Positions 60,542-64,000 of a DNA stretch of 64,000 nt are shown piece after piece (the first letter of the stretch is position 1; each line of letters starts with the position of its first letter). The notes beneath the pieces were generated by a model that was given only the letters and a program-made list of their open reading frames with translations, did not search any database and was not told where the DNA came from. The DNA comes from Spirochaetia bacterium. Its GTDB lineage: Bacteria > Spirochaetota > Spirochaetia > DSM-2461. The stretch lies in NCBI GenBank assembly GCA_963668315.1, contig OY764216.1, forward strand, positions 2,304,001 to 2,368,000, in the 5' to 3' direction. Made by a program: the position numbers and the translations under genes.

Positions 60542-61498
60542 TTACGCCGTAAGTCCCCGGTCTTCGGGAAAACCGAGAAGGATATTCATATTCTGAACGG
60601 CGGCGCCCGAGGCACCTTTGCCCAGGTTATCGAGACGGCTCATGACAACGGCCTGGTCTTCATTGGCATAGACGAAAAGATCAAGCCGGTTGGTATCGTT
60701 GCATCCCTGGGGATGAAAGAATGTACCGTCGATGAAGTCTTCCTGGTCTCCCAGGGGCATAACGCGGACAAACTTCTCATCGCCATAATGATCGGCCAGA
60801 CATTCATGGATTTTCGAAGCGCTGTTCACACCGTTCATTAGGGGCATGAAAAGGGGAACCGAAACAACCATCCCTTTATAGAAGGGGCCGACCATCGGCA
60901 TGAAGAGGGGCGCTTTGCTTAATCCGGTCACGGCAGACATTTCCGGAAGATGCTTGTGGGTCAGTGAGAGACCATAGTGATGGGGGCCCTCTTTGAAGTC
61001 AGCATCGGTGGCGGGATCGGTATACTTCTCTATCAGTTTTTTTCCGGCGCCGCTGTAACCCGAAAGGGACGTACAGACCAGATCGCTCTCCCTGGGAAGA
61101 AGACCCTGCTCTACCAGAGGATAGACTGCGGCTATGAATCCCGTGGCGTGGCATCCGGGATTAGCAATAAAACGGGATGATCCGATCTTCTTCCGGAATT
61201 CCGGTGAAAGCTCGGGAAAACCGTAGGTCCAGCCGGGATGGGTCCTGTGGGCCGTACTGGCGTCAATGACGCAGGTTTTATCGTTTTCAATCAGCGATAC
61301 CGATTCTTTGGCCGCCTGGTCGGGCAGACAGAGGAAGAGGAGATCGGCTTCATTTATGTACTGTTTTTTTCCTGCCGGATCCTTTCTAAGCTCTTCCGGT
61401 ATGGTTATGATTTCAATGTCGTCACGTTGTGCCAGACGCTCGTGTATCATCAGGCCGGTTGTACCGACCTGACCATCAATAAATATTTTCGGTTTCAT
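60542..61498 (-). CDS. argC: N-acetyl-gamma-glutamyl-phosphate reductase (short, type-2 form)
   Basis: 'IFIDGQVGTTGL', 'IDASTAHR', 'ANPGCHATG', 'SGYSGAGK', 'DNLGKGASGAAVQN'. Confidence 0.95.
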   Translation of the reverse strand: MKPKIFIDGQVGTTGLMIHERLAQRDDIEIITIPEELRKDPAGKKQYINEADLLFLCLPDQAAKESVSLIENDKTCVIDASTAHRTHPGWTYGFPELSPEFRKKIGSSRFIANPGCHATGFIAAVYPLVEQGLLPRESDLVCTSLSGYSGAGKKLIEKYTDPATDADFKEGPHHYGLSLTHKHLPEMSAVTGLSKAPLFMPMVGPFYKGMVVSVPLFMPLMNGVNSASKIHECLADHYGDEKFVRVMPLGDQEDFIDGTFFHPQGCNDTNRLDLFVYANEDQAVVMSRLDNLGKGASGAAVQNMNILLGFPEDRGLTA

Positions 61499-61971
61499 TT
61501 GGGCAGCTCCAGTTCGGGGACAATCTCTCCCAGGCAGGAAAGGAAATCCTCCTGTTTCACCCCTTCGGAAAGAATAATCAGTATGGTATCGTCACCGGCG
61601 ATCGTACCGGTAATTTCGTCAAGATCCAGCCGGTCGAGGGCAAAAGCCACCGTATTGGCGTGACCCGGCAGGGTATGCATGACGACAAGATTGCCCGAAA
61701 AAGCCAGGGCAATATATCCTCTTTTAATATCATCAAGAAAATGCTCGGTGGTTTCCTTGTTCATTTTCTGATCGGGGAGAGTGTAATAATATCCCCGGTG
61801 TCCGTCGGAAACCTTGCCGACTTTCAGACTTTTCAGATCACGGGAGAGGGTTGCCTGAGTCACATGGACGTTCTCCTCCTTTAATAAAAGGAGCAGCTGT
61901 TCCTGGCTGGAAATCTTCTTTTCCGTAATGAGGTTTTTAATGATATTCAAACGCATTGTTCTATCAAACAT
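61495..61971 (-). CDS. argR: Arginine repressor
   Basis: 'SSQEQL', 'VTQATLSRDL', 'TLPGHA', 'GTIAGDDTIL'. Likely start MFDRT at 61971. Confidence 0.95.
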   Translation of the reverse strand: MFDRTMRLNIIKNLITEKKISSQEQLLLLLKEENVHVTQATLSRDLKSLKVGKVSDGHRGYYYTLPDQKMNKETTEHFLDDIKRGYIALAFSGNLVVMHTLPGHANTVAFALDRLDLDEITGTIAGDDTILIILSEGVKQEDFLSCLGEIVPELELPK

Positions 61972-62008
61972 GTCATATTTATTAACATAAAGCGTATAAA
62001 TATACAAT
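61970..62008 (-). promoter_or_regulatory. Tandem ARG boxes (ArgR operator)
   Basis: Minus strand attgtatatttatacgct + tta + tgttaataaatatgacat: two 18-bp ARG-like boxes 3 bp apart, abutting the argR start codon. Confidence 0.7.
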
Positions 62009-62103
62009 ATGTAAAAATTGATAATTGGGAAAAATTACGGGAAAGTAGGAATAATTAAGTGTTATCCCGCCTTGAGCCGATTCTATAAGAAGAGTGGAAC
62101 GAT

Positions 62104-63423
62104 ATGAATCAAAAGTCAATTATCACTGTTCGCCTGTCCGATGACCGGCTGACGGCCTTTATGAGTATAGATTTCGCCGCTGCCGGTGATAATCCTCCCG
62201 ATTACCCTCTGTTGATTTCCCAGCTGGAAGCCTTTGATGTGACTTACGGAATTGACCATGAGGGCATTAAAAAAGCCCTGGAACAGCGGTCGGCCGAGGA
62301 GTTCATTGCCGCGCGGGGAAAAAAAGCCGTAAAGAGCACCCCCTCCTATATCAAAATCAAGAAAGTCCTTTATGAGAGCCGCCCCCCCGTGGAAAAGGAG
62401 GGGCATATCGATTTCAAGATGGTCTCTCCCTTTGTCATGGTGAAGAAGGGGGAAGCCCTTGCCAGAAGGATGGAAGAGATGAAGGGGGAAGAGGGGCGGA
62501 CCGTTACGGGAGAAGTTCTGGAACCGGAAAAGAAGGATATAGAGATTCTGACTCCCGGAGAGAATACCGTGGAGAAAGACGGGGTGTATTATGCCATAAA
62601 GGCGGGACGCTTTGAACTGGATAACCGGATGTTCCAGATAAACGAGGTTCTCGAAATTTCCGGGAATGTCGATTACAGTACAGGCCATATCTCCTTTCCC
62701 GGCGACGTAATCATACACGGCCAGATAAAAGACGGATTCCGTGTCGCGGCGGGGGGAAGCATCCACTGCCGGGAAACCGTCGATGCCTCTGAAGTATTCA
62801 CCCGGAAGGATCTGATTATCGAGGGAGGGATCATCGGGCGGAACAAAGGGGTTGTCCGCGTGAAGGGGAAGGTGGAAACCAAATTCATCGAGCACTGCCA
62901 GGTCGAGGCCCTGGGGGGGATTGCGGTTAAGTCTTCCATCGTCGATTCGGAAATCGCCACTCTGGGAGAACTGGTTCTGCTGCAGAACGGTAAGCTGATA
63001 GGCGGTACCGTCTATGCCGAACAGGGATTGACGACCCATACTCTGGGCAGTCCTTCCAACGGAAACATCAAGGTCAATCTGGGCATCTCCTTTGTCGAGG
63101 CCCGCCATTTGCTGGGGCAGCAGAAAATCCTCCAGGATATCCTCAAAAAGAAAAAAAAGATCAAGTCCATCGCCAGTCAGGAGAAAAGGGAAGAGCTGGA
63201 AGAGAAGGTGGAAAAAGCCATTGAGGCTATCCAGATAAGCATCTCCGAGCAGATTGCCCGGCAGTATACAACCTTCGATGCCGTCCTGAATGTCACGGGA
63301 ACACTATTTCCCGGAGCGGTTATCACCATATGCGACCGAACGGAAATTGTGACGGAAAAAAAGGAACATGTTCAGGTCTATTACAATGAAGGAACCCAGA
63401 AAATAGATTATCGTCCGCTCTGA
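62104..63423 (+). CDS. FapA/DUF342 family protein (flagellar assembly protein A-like)
   Basis: 'VTYGID', 'VKKGEALAR', 'GRTVTGE', 'GNVDYSTGHISFPGDVIIHG', beta-helical C-terminal region, 'GTLFPGAVITI'. Confidence 0.85.
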   Translation: MNQKSIITVRLSDDRLTAFMSIDFAAAGDNPPDYPLLISQLEAFDVTYGIDHEGIKKALEQRSAEEFIAARGKKAVKSTPSYIKIKKVLYESRPPVEKEGHIDFKMVSPFVMVKKGEALARRMEEMKGEEGRTVTGEVLEPEKKDIEILTPGENTVEKDGVYYAIKAGRFELDNRMFQINEVLEISGNVDYSTGHISFPGDVIIHGQIKDGFRVAAGGSIHCRETVDASEVFTRKDLIIEGGIIGRNKGVVRVKGKVETKFIEHCQVEALGGIAVKSSIVDSEIATLGELVLLQNGKLIGGTVYAEQGLTTHTLGSPSNGNIKVNLGISFVEARHLLGQQKILQDILKKKKKIKSIASQEKREELEEKVEKAIEAIQISISEQIARQYTTFDAVLNVTGTLFPGAVITICDRTEIVTEKKEHVQVYYNEGTQKIDYRPL

Positions 63424-63438
63424 GGGGGAGGATAGAAT

Positions 63439-63477
63439 AAAAACGGGCGGTCCAGTGTGGAACCGCCCGTTTTTTTA
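63439..63477. terminator. Bidirectional intrinsic terminator
   Basis: aaaaacgggcggt...accgcccgttttttt between the convergent fapA and greA genes. Confidence 0.85.
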
Positions 63478-63514
63478 TAGAAAGTACCGGTTTGAAAACC
63501 GGATCACAGATTCC

Positions 63515-64000
63515 TTAGAAATCTGCCTTATCTATGTTGATCACCTGATAGTTATATTTCTGTTCATTGATCTCGAAGGAGAACTTTTTGTTTTTCTTGT
63601 TTCCGAAAAGAGCGGCTCCAAAGGGTGAAACATAGGAAATGACCTTGTTGGCAGGATCGGATTCCCAGGGACCCAGAATCGTAAAGGTCTCTTCCTCATC
63701 CGTATCCAGATTAAGCAGAACGACCTGCGTACCGAAGGAGATCTTCTTGATATCCAGTTCTTCCGGATTGAAAACACGGGCTCTCTCGATCTCGTCCTGA
63801 AGTTTTCCCACGGAAATCTGAAGGGACTCCTGTTTCTCCTTGCCCGCCTTGTATTCGGCGTTCTCCTTGAGGTCTCCCAGCTCGATGGCCTTTCCGATCT
63901 CCTTGGAGTTTTTGGGAATCTCCACTTCGATGATATACTTGAGTTCCGCCTGTTTTTCTTGCAGGGCACCCACGGTAACGAAAAAGTTCCGGCTCTTGGC
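63515..64000 (-). CDS. greA: Transcription elongation factor GreA, C-terminal part (continues beyond the window)
   Basis: 'GDLKENAEYKAGKE', 'ISFGTQV', 'ILGPWESDP', 'ISYVSPFG'. The frame is open to the window end, consistent with the long spirochaetal GreA. Confidence 0.9.
   Translation of the reverse strand, partial: AKSRNFFVTVGALQEKQAELKYIIEVEIPKNSKEIGKAIELGDLKENAEYKAGKEKQESLQISVGKLQDEIERARVFNPEELDIKKISFGTQVVLLNLDTDEEETFTILGPWESDPANKVISYVSPFGAALFGNKKNKKFSFEINEQKYNYQVINIDKADF

Overview
This window is a 64-kb chromosomal segment, most likely from a free-living spirochaete (Spirochaetaceae-like). That assignment is an inference from the long GreA, FapA/DUF342, the Cys-less 'NGAxD' solute-binding-protein signal peptides and a giant FlgD-Ig-terminated surface protein. 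Gene order: ftsK 3' end, an orphan sensor kinase, glycerol-1-phosphate dehydrogenase, a lipoprotein, a 4944-aa repetitive secreted protein, a thioesterase, a HAD phosphatase, a two-component system joined to a TolC-MFP-RND efflux operon, a small accessory region (30.2-32.0 kb), ttcA, SulP, racemase and amino-acid transporters, ugpBAE, a GT4 glycosyltransferase, a beta-glucoside/cellobiose utilisation cluster (ABC transporter, two ROK regulators, GH1, GH94, GH3, AraC), argR-C-B-D-G, fapA and the greA 3' end. The most unusual part is 31.0-32.0 kb. There an AT-rich GxxExxY (PD-(D/E)XK-fold) gene lies next to three ~160-bp hairpin repeat units built from CACGAA/TTCGTG sub-repeats. A collapsed fourth unit sits on the other side of the gene, and a ~63-bp degenerate direct repeat that includes the 3' end of ttcA flanks it. 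This looks like a nuclease-plus-cognate-repeat module of unknown function. A Flavo-1-like structured element lies just upstream. No rRNA, tRNA, transposase or CRISPR array was recognised. All calls were made by eye, without database searches.
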